A stretch of 40,000 nt of DNA from NCBI RefSeq assembly GCF_000009045.1, contig NC_000964.3, positions 1,323,732 to 1,363,731 of the forward strand. Reading direction: 5' to 3'. Position numbers and translations under genes: made by a program. This DNA is from Bacillus subtilis subsp. subtilis str. 168 (lineage in GTDB: Bacteria > Bacillota > Bacilli > Bacillales > Bacillaceae). Positions 26,751 through 34,204 of this stretch are shown here, piece by piece; the stretch's first letter is position 1, and each line of letters begins with the position of its first letter. The notes below the pieces were generated by a model. The model had not been told where the DNA came from, did no database searches, and saw only the letters and a list, made by a program, of their open reading frames with translations.

Positions 26751-27368
26751 TTACGCGTTTTTCATAATGATGGTTTCAAGATTATTGGCAACACTTTGAC
26801 AAGAGTCGGCGATTTCTTCAAGCGTTTCGTATATTTCACGATATTGAATGACTTTGATTGGATCTGTTTCATTTCCGAAAAGATTCTTTAATGATTTTCT
26901 GTGCAAGTTGTCACAACTGTGCTCATACTCTTTAATTTTGATTGCGTGAGGCTGAATATCCTTTAAGCGATTTTCTGCCAGCAGCTCGATCGTAATCAAA
27001 ATCTCTTTCGCACATTCTCTGATATATCCGCTGAATTTATCAATATGCTCGTCTGATGAAGTAATTGAGAAAATCTCCATCATGGCAGAGAAATGTTCGA
27101 TTCCGTCAAGCACATCATCCAAGCTGTTTGTCAGCTGAAGGATATCTTCGCGCTCAATAGGAGTGATGAACGCTTTGTTAAGCTCTTTAATCATGACATG
27201 AACATGATTGTCACCTTTTGTTTCATATTCCTTTAACGTATCTGCAAATTCTTTAAGAGTCGTTTGGTTAGTGACCTTAAAATTCACAAAATATTCTGCA
27301 GTTTCGTCTATGTTCTTTGCAATTTCTGTTAAAAGGAGTGAGAACTTATCTTTTTTTCTTCTTATCAT
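26751..27368 (-). CDS. ykaA: DUF47 / PhoU-like Pit accessory protein
   Basis: ATG 27368 (205 aa) lies 6 nt after GGAGGG. The ORF-track start at 27404 is upstream of the SD. Helical soluble protein with the usual pairing to pit. Confidence 0.88.
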   Translation of the reverse strand: MIRRKKDKFSLLLTEIAKNIDETAEYFVNFKVTNQTTLKEFADTLKEYETKGDNHVHVMIKELNKAFITPIEREDILQLTNSLDDVLDGIEHFSAMMEIFSITSSDEHIDKFSGYIRECAKEILITIELLAENRLKDIQPHAIKIKEYEHSCDNLHRKSLKNLFGNETDPIKVIQYREIYETLEEIADSCQSVANNLETIIMKNA

Positions 27369-27609
27369 TAAAAACCCTCCATAGTTTGAATGAACAATGC
27401 ACACATCAAATTATTATATAGCCTTTTGTCGAAAAAAAACAGGTAAAGTCGAAAAAAACGTATCTTGACTTTTTTGATAAATCGTGTCTCCTTATTTTGA
27501 CCTACTTCGCTTTAAAAAAACGACCCAAGTTTGCAAAAACTTTCTGCTTAACGTAAAAAGTATATCAAAAGTTGTGTTTTTCCTGTCAACTTTTATCTTC
27601 TGTTTCACC

Positions 27610-27640
27610 AAAAAACGGTTCCCTAAACAAGGGAACCGTT
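27610..27640 (-). terminator. steT terminator
   Basis: AACGGTTCCC pairs with GGGAACCGTT (27614-27623 and 27631-27640), 7-nt loop, followed on the minus strand by TTTTTT. It starts 3 nt after the steT stop. Confidence 0.85.
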
Positions 27641-27643
27641 TTA

Positions 27644-28960
27644 TCAGCTTGCTTTTCGTTTTTTCATCCCGTAATAAACAGGCAGTCCGGCAAGGCCGAT
27701 GAGGATGGATAATCCGCAGCTCATTGTATCTGTAATGAGTGTGCTGCCTAACACAAAGAAGGAGCCCGCGATTGCCAGAATTGGCATAAATGGATAAAGC
27801 GGAACACTGTAGGCGCGCTTTTCTCCCTTTGCTCGCTTGCGGAGAATAAACACTGCAAAAAAGGCCATCACATAAAAAATGTAGATCATGAAAATGGAGA
27901 TTTCTGAGAGCTTATCAGGGTTGCTGATCAGCATCATAATCAAAGCCAAAGCAATTTGAAAAGAAATCGCAATCCATGGTGTGCGGAACGACGGGTGTAC
28001 ATGTGACAGTTTTTCAGCAAATGGAAGCTGTTTGCGTTCCGCCATTGCAAATGAAACACGCGGGAAAGAAAGCACCTTTCCATTTAAGCACCCAAAGATG
28101 CTGACGATAATCCCTACACTGATCAGCTTTCCGCCAATTGAACCGAACAGCATGGTTGCAGCGGTGCTTGTCGCATTTTCACCAAGCGTGACAATTTCGT
28201 TCGCTGACAGGATGTGAAGCAATGCAAAATTAATGAAAATATAGATCGCCGTTACAATTAATAATCCGCCCGTCATAGCGCGTGGCAGCAGCTTTTCGGG
28301 ATTTTTCATTTCTCCGCCGAGAGCGGCAAGGAGAATCCATCCGTCATAAGCAAACAACGTAGCTAAAATAGCCGCCCCGAAGTTCATATCAGAAATGCTT
28401 TCGTTTACTGCTGTGAAGATGTGCTGATCGCCTTTCCAAAGGCCAAAGACGATGATGCAGGCAATCGGAATCAGTTTTCCGATCGTTGTCAGCGTTTGGA
28501 CAAAACCGCCGTATTTTGTACCGATAATATTAATGACGCATAAAAAGAGAACTGCTATAATTCCAATGACTTTTGATAGTCCAGATCCCCAGCCGAAAAG
28601 ATTCGCCATTAAAGATCCAAAATATAAACCCAGCGCGCCAATAATCGCCGGGCCGTAAATGATAATCTGCACCCAGCCGCACAAAAATCCCCAAAACTCG
28701 CCGTACACTTCTTCAAGGTACGTATAAAGCCCGCCGGTTTTTGGAATCTGCGTTCCGATTTCCGCGATTGTCAAACCGCCCGCCAGTGTTAAAATACCGC
28801 CTAACAGCCAGGCGAAAAGCGCCATTTTTGAATCACCTGAATAAGCAAGCACAGCGCCGGGCTTCATAAAAACACCAGAACCGATAATGGTTCCGATGAC
28901 AAGAGTAAGGGCAAACAAGAGGCCTATCTCTTTTTTCAAACCGTTGTCTTCAGTATGCAT
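27644..28960 (-). CDS. steT: APC/LAT-family amino-acid transporter (serine/threonine exchanger)
   Basis: 438 aa, about 12 TM helices, SD AGGAGGT upstream. Recognised as SteT (YkbA). Confidence 0.9.
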   Translation of the reverse strand: MHTEDNGLKKEIGLLFALTLVIGTIIGSGVFMKPGAVLAYSGDSKMALFAWLLGGILTLAGGLTIAEIGTQIPKTGGLYTYLEEVYGEFWGFLCGWVQIIIYGPAIIGALGLYFGSLMANLFGWGSGLSKVIGIIAVLFLCVINIIGTKYGGFVQTLTTIGKLIPIACIIVFGLWKGDQHIFTAVNESISDMNFGAAILATLFAYDGWILLAALGGEMKNPEKLLPRAMTGGLLIVTAIYIFINFALLHILSANEIVTLGENATSTAATMLFGSIGGKLISVGIIVSIFGCLNGKVLSFPRVSFAMAERKQLPFAEKLSHVHPSFRTPWIAISFQIALALIMMLISNPDKLSEISIFMIYIFYVMAFFAVFILRKRAKGEKRAYSVPLYPFMPILAIAGSFFVLGSTLITDTMSCGLSILIGLAGLPVYYGMKKRKAS

Positions 28961-29308
28961 GTCCTTAACCTCCTATGATGTTGAAGCTTCATGTTGAAGA
29001 ATCTATTTTTTCATATTGTAAACCCTATTTTAGAAAAGTGAAATAAAATAAATTTTCTGATTTTCGAAATTTGCTTTGTGTACAGCAGATAAAACTGTAG
29101 AAATACCTGTTTTAATGGTCTATAAACGAATAAAATTCATAATTTTTATTTACAAAGTTCGTGTTTTATGTATTAGGATTTTAGCCGGTACAGAGGGGAG
29201 ATGAGAATTCAGAAAATGAACGAACCTTCGGTGAAGCTGATATGTTGACTTTCTCATGCGAATAAAATACTTTGTTATTAGAACAATAAATATACAATTA
29301 TGATATGA

Positions 29309-29326
29309 TATCTCGAAATCGAGATA
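29309..29326 (+). promoter_or_regulatory. MhqR (MarR-type) operator upstream of mhqA
   Basis: Perfect inverted repeat TATCTCGA-AA-TCGAGATA, followed by AAA, 23 nt before the mhqA ATG. It overlaps two TATGAT -10-like hexamers (29299-29309). It matches the published MhqR box as I remember it (TATCTCGAAtTCGAGATAAAA). Confidence 0.75.
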
Positions 29327-29348
29327 AAATAACCTGGAGGGACAGCAT

Positions 29349-30299
29349 ATGAAAGTTAACGGCATTCACCACGTATCGGCATTAACGGCCGACGCACAAA
29401 AAAACTTGGATTTCTATAAGAAAGTATTAGGATTAAAGCTCGTCAAAAAATCCGTCAATCAGGATGAACCGACAATGTACCATCTGTTCTACGGAGATGA
29501 AGTGGCAAACCCGGGAACTGAGCTGACGTTTTTCGAGATTCCCCGCATTGCACCGTTTCATGCGGGAACAAACAGTATTTCTTCTATTGGATTGCGCGTT
29601 CCAGGCACAGAAGCCCTGCATTACTGGAAAGAACGTTTTGAAGAGCAGCAAGTAACGCACAGCGGCATCTCCAAAAGAGCCGGACGTGACATATTGGCAT
29701 TTCAAGATCATGAGGGGCAGCGACTTGTGCTGACTGCTGATGAGGAAGGAAAAGGATATGGCCTGCCTGTTAAACAGAGCGGCATTCCGGAAGAATTTTC
29801 GTTTCGCGGGTTAGGGCCGGTTGAACTGACTGTGCCATATGCTGAACCAACTTTACACGTATTGACGAATATTCTTGGATTTACAGAAATCAGCCGTGAA
29901 CCAGTCGAAGGGCAAGGAACCGCCGTTATTCTGGAATCAGGAGAAGGCGGTGCTGCAACGGAAATCCATTTAATAGAAAGAAACGATCTTCCGCGAGAGC
30001 GTCAAGGCAAAGGGAGTGTTCACCACGTCGCATTTCGGGTAAGAGATGAAGAAGAACTTGCCGGGTGGCACCGGATCATCAGCCGCGAAGGCTTTAGCAA
30101 TTCAGGCATAGTTGAGCGCTACTATTTCAAGGCGCTGTATTTCAGAGAACCGAACGGCATTTTGTTCGAGTTATCAACAGACGGACCGGGCTTTATGGTA
30201 GATGAAAATCTTGATGAGCTTGGCCAAACGATTGCTCTTCCGCCATATCTAGAGCATCGAAGAGCAGAAATTGAAGCAAAATTGAAACCGATCCAATAA
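29349..30299 (+). CDS. mhqA: Hydroquinone-type ring-cleaving dioxygenase (two VOC/glyoxalase-fold domains)
   Basis: 316 aa. Tandem VOC domains with His motifs (INGIHHVSALT and GSVHHVAFRV). SD TGGAGGGA upstream. Confidence 0.9.
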   Translation: MKVNGIHHVSALTADAQKNLDFYKKVLGLKLVKKSVNQDEPTMYHLFYGDEVANPGTELTFFEIPRIAPFHAGTNSISSIGLRVPGTEALHYWKERFEEQQVTHSGISKRAGRDILAFQDHEGQRLVLTADEEGKGYGLPVKQSGIPEEFSFRGLGPVELTVPYAEPTLHVLTNILGFTEISREPVEGQGTAVILESGEGGAATEIHLIERNDLPRERQGKGSVHHVAFRVRDEEELAGWHRIISREGFSNSGIVERYYFKALYFREPNGILFELSTDGPGFMVDENLDELGQTIALPPYLEHRRAEIEAKLKPIQ

Positions 30300-30313
30300 A
30301 TTGTGATTCTTTT

Positions 30314-30345
30314 GCCTTCCGGCGCCGCCGGAGGGCTTTTTTTAT
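30314..30345 (+). terminator. mhqA terminator
   Basis: CCTTCCGGCG pairs with CGCCGGAGGG (10 bp, one G-U; 30315-30324 with 30325-30334 as the maximal pairing, the central bases forming the loop), followed by C and TTTTTTT. Confidence 0.85.
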
Positions 30346-30399
30346 TACCATAATTAATTTTGACCTAAACAGCATGCCTTATTAGGGAGGAAATATCAG

Positions 30400-30546
30400 A
30401 TGCTGATTGGGAGAAATGGCTTAAAACCCTTTGCAAATATGGGTGATTGGTATGGAATGGCCTCGGCAAAAATATTGTCTTTGTTTATTAATAGTTTATT
30501 CATATTTGCTTGTTACACTATTTCAAAGTTAGACAAAAAGGAGTGA
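30400..30546 (+). CDS. Candidate 48-aa single-TM small protein upstream of ykcB
   Basis: Not in the ORF track. AGGGAGG (30384-30390) lies 9 nt before ATG 30400. Translation: MLIGRNGLKPFANMGDWYGMASAKILSLFINSLFIFACYTISKLDKKE, with one hydrophobic helix. The stop is 7 nt before the ykcB GTG, and its last codons supply the ykcB SD. Confidence 0.5.
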   Translation: MLIGRNGLKPFANMGDWYGMASAKILSLFINSLFIFACYTISKLDKKE

Positions 30547-30553
30547 AAAATAA

Positions 30554-32704
30554 GTGGAAAAGAAAAAACGCGAGCTGGATATCGTCCTCCTCCTCATTTT
30601 GCTCGCATCTGCATTCTTAAATATCTATAACATTTGGAAGGACGACACGGTGAATCCTTATTACACCGCGGCAGTTACAAGTATGATGCAAAGCTTTCAT
30701 AATTTCTTTTATGCTTCGTTCGATGCTGCCGGCTTTATAACAGTAGATAAACCGCCTGTTACATACCAAATCCAAACGATCAGCGCACTGATATTCGGTA
30801 TGCACGGCTGGAGCGTCATCCTGCCTCAGGCACTTGCTGGTGTAGGTTCTGTCCTTCTTATGTACTTGCTGATAAAGCCGACATTTGGAAAAACGGCGGC
30901 GCGTATTGCCTCATTTGTTATGGCATGTACGCCGATAGCTGTAGCTGTAGCACGTACAAACAATGTTGATGCATTACTGGTATTTTTCTTATTGCTTGCT
31001 ACATGGCTTCTCTTTAAAGCGATCAGAAAAGGAAAGCTGATCTGGCTGTTAGCAGCATTTTTCGTTGTTGGAGTAGGTTTTAATACAAAAATGCTGCAGG
31101 CTTACATGATTTTACCGGCTTTCTTATTGTTCTATCTGATTGCGGCAAACGCCACAATCAAGAAAAAAATCGTTTCATTGGTAAGTGCGTTAGCCGTATT
31201 AGCAGCCGTTTCGTTATCGTGGCCGCTCATTGTTGACAATATCCCTGCAAGCAAGCGGCCTTATATCGGAAGCAGCCAAACCAACTCTGTTTTGGAATTG
31301 GCTTTCGGCTATAACGGAATCCAGCGGCTGACAGGCCAAAATTCAGGCGGCGGCCAGGGTGCGCCAAACAAAGACGCTTCAAAAGAAATGTCTTCTTCTG
31401 ATAACACTCAAGCACCGCCTAATCAGTCATCAAGCAACAGCTCATCAAGCGATGGTAAATCCTCAAATGGCAATATGGCGGCGCCTCCATCCAATGGCCA
31501 AATGCCAAGCGGCGGTCAAGGAGGCCCTCCAAGCGGCGGAGATGGCGGCCAAGGCGGACCCGGCGGAGACGGAGGGAAAGGCGGTACAGGAACCGGTTCG
31601 AAAATGCAATCAGGTTCAGGGATGTTTGGAACGGGAACACCTGGTCCACTGCGGCTTTTCCAACAAGAGTTATCTGATCAAATCAGCTGGCTTCTGCCAT
31701 TTGCGATATTTGGAATCGCAGGCTTACTGATCGCTGGCGCAAGAGAAAGAAGAAGATTATCTGTAGAGCAGAAGGAAACGGTGTTCTGGGTTGCGTGGCT
31801 TGTACCGATTGCCGGATTCTTCAGTGTCGCAGAATTTTTCCATCATTATTATCTCATCATGCTGGCACCGCCGATTGCGGCTCTTGTCGGTGCGGGGTGG
31901 GTCGCTCTTGTTCATCTGTACCGCAATCAGACAGGCTGGAAAGCATGGCTTTTGCCGGGAGCAATTATTGCGACAACTGGATTTGAATTGTTTATTCTCA
32001 GAAACTACAACGATCAAATCGGTGTTGGATGGAGTATCGGGGTAGGTGTTATCGGCGTGTTGTCAGCGATTGCTTTGCTGCTGTTTAAACAGCGCCAAAA
32101 ACCGTTCAGTTATTATGTTTCACTTGCAGCTCTCCTCGCATTGCTGGTGATGCCGATGTATTGGGCAAGTACACCGCTTCTGTACGGAGGCAACAGCTCA
32201 CTGCCTGAAACAGGCCCTCAACTCGCATCAATGAGCGGAAAAGGCATGGGAATGTCTGATGCGACTGTAAATGAAAAACTGATCAAATATCTAGAGGAGA
32301 ATAACTCCGGAGCTGAATACCTATTCGCCACAACCGATTCGAACACAGCGGCACCATATATCATTAAAACGAAAAAAGCTGTCATGGCTATTGGTGGATA
32401 CAGCGGTTCTGACCCGGCAATCACACTGACTCAATTCAAAAAACTTGTAAAAGAAGGAAAAGTGAAATACTTCTTGGCTTCTGGAATGGGAAGAGGCGGA
32501 AACAATGACATTGTTGAATGGGTTGAGAAAAATGGAAAAGAAGTAGCATCAGAAAAATGGCAATCAAGTTCTGATCAAAAAACAGAAAATACTGATTCAG
32601 CTGATACATCAAGCAGCAAGGCTTCAGGTGAAAACGGCAAAATGGGCGGACCTGGCGGAATGAATCAGTCAGCAACATTATACGAACTACATGCTGATGA
32701 ATAG
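30554..32704 (+). CDS. ykcB: GT-C fold (PMT_2/ArnT-like) membrane glycosyltransferase
   Basis: 716 aa. GTG start 10 nt after AAGGAG. Many TM helices with a long Gly/Ser/Pro/Gln-rich loop and a C-terminal soluble domain. Recognised as YkcB. Confidence 0.88.
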   Translation: MEKKKRELDIVLLLILLASAFLNIYNIWKDDTVNPYYTAAVTSMMQSFHNFFYASFDAAGFITVDKPPVTYQIQTISALIFGMHGWSVILPQALAGVGSVLLMYLLIKPTFGKTAARIASFVMACTPIAVAVARTNNVDALLVFFLLLATWLLFKAIRKGKLIWLLAAFFVVGVGFNTKMLQAYMILPAFLLFYLIAANATIKKKIVSLVSALAVLAAVSLSWPLIVDNIPASKRPYIGSSQTNSVLELAFGYNGIQRLTGQNSGGGQGAPNKDASKEMSSSDNTQAPPNQSSSNSSSSDGKSSNGNMAAPPSNGQMPSGGQGGPPSGGDGGQGGPGGDGGKGGTGTGSKMQSGSGMFGTGTPGPLRLFQQELSDQISWLLPFAIFGIAGLLIAGARERRRLSVEQKETVFWVAWLVPIAGFFSVAEFFHHYYLIMLAPPIAALVGAGWVALVHLYRNQTGWKAWLLPGAIIATTGFELFILRNYNDQIGVGWSIGVGVIGVLSAIALLLFKQRQKPFSYYVSLAALLALLVMPMYWASTPLLYGGNSSLPETGPQLASMSGKGMGMSDATVNEKLIKYLEENNSGAEYLFATTDSNTAAPYIIKTKKAVMAIGGYSGSDPAITLTQFKKLVKEGKVKYFLASGMGRGGNNDIVEWVEKNGKEVASEKWQSSSDQKTENTDSADTSSSKASGENGKMGGPGGMNQSATLYELHADE

Positions 32705-32715
32705 GAGGCAAAAAC

Positions 32716-33687
32716 ATGAGCAGACATATTCAATATTCAATTGTTGTACCTGTGTATAATGAAGAGCTTGTCATTCATGAAACCTATCAGCGCTTAAAAG
32801 AGGTCATGGATCAAACGAAGGAAAACTACGAGCTGCTTTTTGTCAACGATGGCAGCAAAGACCGCAGTATTGAGATTTTAAGAGAGCACAGCCTGATCGA
32901 TCCGAGAGTGAAAATTATTGATTTTTCAAGGAATTTTGGACATCAGATCGCCATTACGGCAGGTATGGATTATGCACAGGGGAATGCAATCGTCGTCATT
33001 GACGCCGATTTGCAGGACCCTCCTGAACTGATTTTAGAAATGATTGAAAAGTGGAAGGAAGGCTATGAAGTCGTGTACGCCGTACGGACTAAACGAAAAG
33101 GGGAAACCTTTTTCAAAAAACAAACCGCGGCTATGTTTTACCGGCTTCTCAGCGGTATGACAGATATTGATATCCCGATTGATACGGGGGATTTTCGCCT
33201 CATGGACAGAAAAGTCTGTGATGAAATGAAGAGATTAAAAGAAAAAAATCCATTTGTAAGAGGGCTAGTCAGCTGGGTGGGTTTCAAACAGACAGCGGTC
33301 GAGTATGTACGTGATGAAAGGCTCGCCGGAGAAACAAAGTACCCGCTCAAGAAAATGCTGAAGCTGTCAATGGACGGCATCACGACATTTTCACATAAAC
33401 CGCTGAAGCTGGCAAGCTATGCGGGGATTTTAATGTCAGGTACTGGATTTCTGTATATGTTTATCGTGCTGTATCTGAAGCTATTCACAGACAGCACGAT
33501 TACCGGCTGGTCATCACTTATTGTGATCCAGCTCCTGTTCAGCGGCATTGTCCTTCTGATTTTGGGCGTGATTGGCGAATATATCGGCAGAATCTACGAT
33601 GAAGCCAAAGACAGGCCGCTTTACATCGTCCAAAAATCGTATGGAATTGAAAATAAAAGACTCTATAGAGACCAGCATATGTCATAA
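32716..33687 (+). CDS. ykcC: GT2 polyprenyl-phosphate glycosyltransferase (GtrB/CsbB-like)
   Basis: 323 aa. GT2 motifs (VVPVYNEE, DGSKD, DADLQDPPE) and two C-terminal TM helices. Confidence 0.92.
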   Translation: MSRHIQYSIVVPVYNEELVIHETYQRLKEVMDQTKENYELLFVNDGSKDRSIEILREHSLIDPRVKIIDFSRNFGHQIAITAGMDYAQGNAIVVIDADLQDPPELILEMIEKWKEGYEVVYAVRTKRKGETFFKKQTAAMFYRLLSGMTDIDIPIDTGDFRLMDRKVCDEMKRLKEKNPFVRGLVSWVGFKQTAVEYVRDERLAGETKYPLKKMLKLSMDGITTFSHKPLKLASYAGILMSGTGFLYMFIVLYLKLFTDSTITGWSSLIVIQLLFSGIVLLILGVIGEYIGRIYDEAKDRPLYIVQKSYGIENKRLYRDQHMS

Positions 33688-33692
33688 CCTCA

Positions 33693-33726
33693 AACCCCCT
33701 GTCCGTAATGGACAGGGGGTTTTTAT
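33693..33726 (+). terminator. ykcBC terminator
   Basis: AACCCCCTGTCC (33693-33704) pairs with GGACAGGGGGTT (33710-33721), loop GTAAT, followed by TTTTAT. Confidence 0.88.
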
Positions 33727-33870
33727 GCTCTGAGCACGATCTAAAGCAAAAGATGCTGATAGATATATGGAAATTGGGTAAAGAAGAGATTGTGAGCTTG
33801 TACTGCGGTTCAGTCATGCTGAAATAAAAACAGCAAAACTTAAAGATTTCGTCCTCGGCTTTGCTGCATG

Positions 33871-34047
33871 TCAGCTGTTATATTGGGGGGCTTTTAAGAA
33901 ACGCATGATTAGAGCCGTACCAGTTATGTTTAATAGAATACTCGTACCCAATACAATTCCCCACGTCAACGTCGATTCAGAGAGAAGAAAGCTCAGCAAA
34001 AGAAAAGCCAATCCTGCGCAGATCATACCCAGTCCCACGGTTTTCAT
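33871..34047 (-). CDS. Candidate 58-aa two-TM small membrane protein
   Basis: ORF-track entry 33871..34065. The best start is ATG 34047, 7 nt after AGGAGG (34055-34060). Translation: MKTVGLGMICAGLAFLLLSFLLSESTLTWGIVLGTSILLNITGTALIMRFLKAPQYNS. A TTGACA-17 nt-TAGAAA promoter-like pair lies at 34100-34072. Confidence 0.6.
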   Translation of the reverse strand: MKTVGLGMICAGLAFLLLSFLLSESTLTWGIVLGTSILLNITGTALIMRFLKAPQYNS

Positions 34048-34160
34048 GTTCATGCCTCCTAGCAAACGATGTTTCTAGCATCTGATGTGAATGATGTCAA
34101 TCTGTATGATATACGGATATCTCGTCAGAAAGTTTCATAGAACAATTAGGTCTTTTATCT

Positions 34161-34196
34161 AATAAAAAGCCTCAGACCGCTTTTACGGCCTGAGGC
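34161..34196 (-). terminator. htrA terminator
   Basis: Minus strand: GCCTCAGGCCG pairs with CGGTCTGAGGC (11 bp, one G-U), loop TAAAAG, followed by TTTTTATT. Confidence 0.88.
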
Positions 34197-34204
34197 ATTA
34201 TGTC

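Noticed and set aside
27484-27702. 72-aa plus-strand ORF in the ykaA-steT intergenic region
   Set aside because: It has no SD, runs through the steT terminator and into the steT 3' end on the opposite strand, and has a low-complexity Phe/Lys/Ser composition.
29150-29365. 71-aa minus-strand ORF overlapping the mhqA promoter, operator and start
   Set aside because: It has no SD, lies in AT-rich intergenic DNA, and overlaps the mhqA start codon and the MhqR operator, which explain this sequence better.
31330-31650. Suspicion that the low-complexity stretch in ykcB marks a frameshift, gene fusion or pseudogene
   Set aside because: The frame is continuous from the GTG at 30554 to the stop at 32704, and TM-helix-rich sequence lies on both sides. 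It is reported as a finding about the loop, not as a pseudogene.
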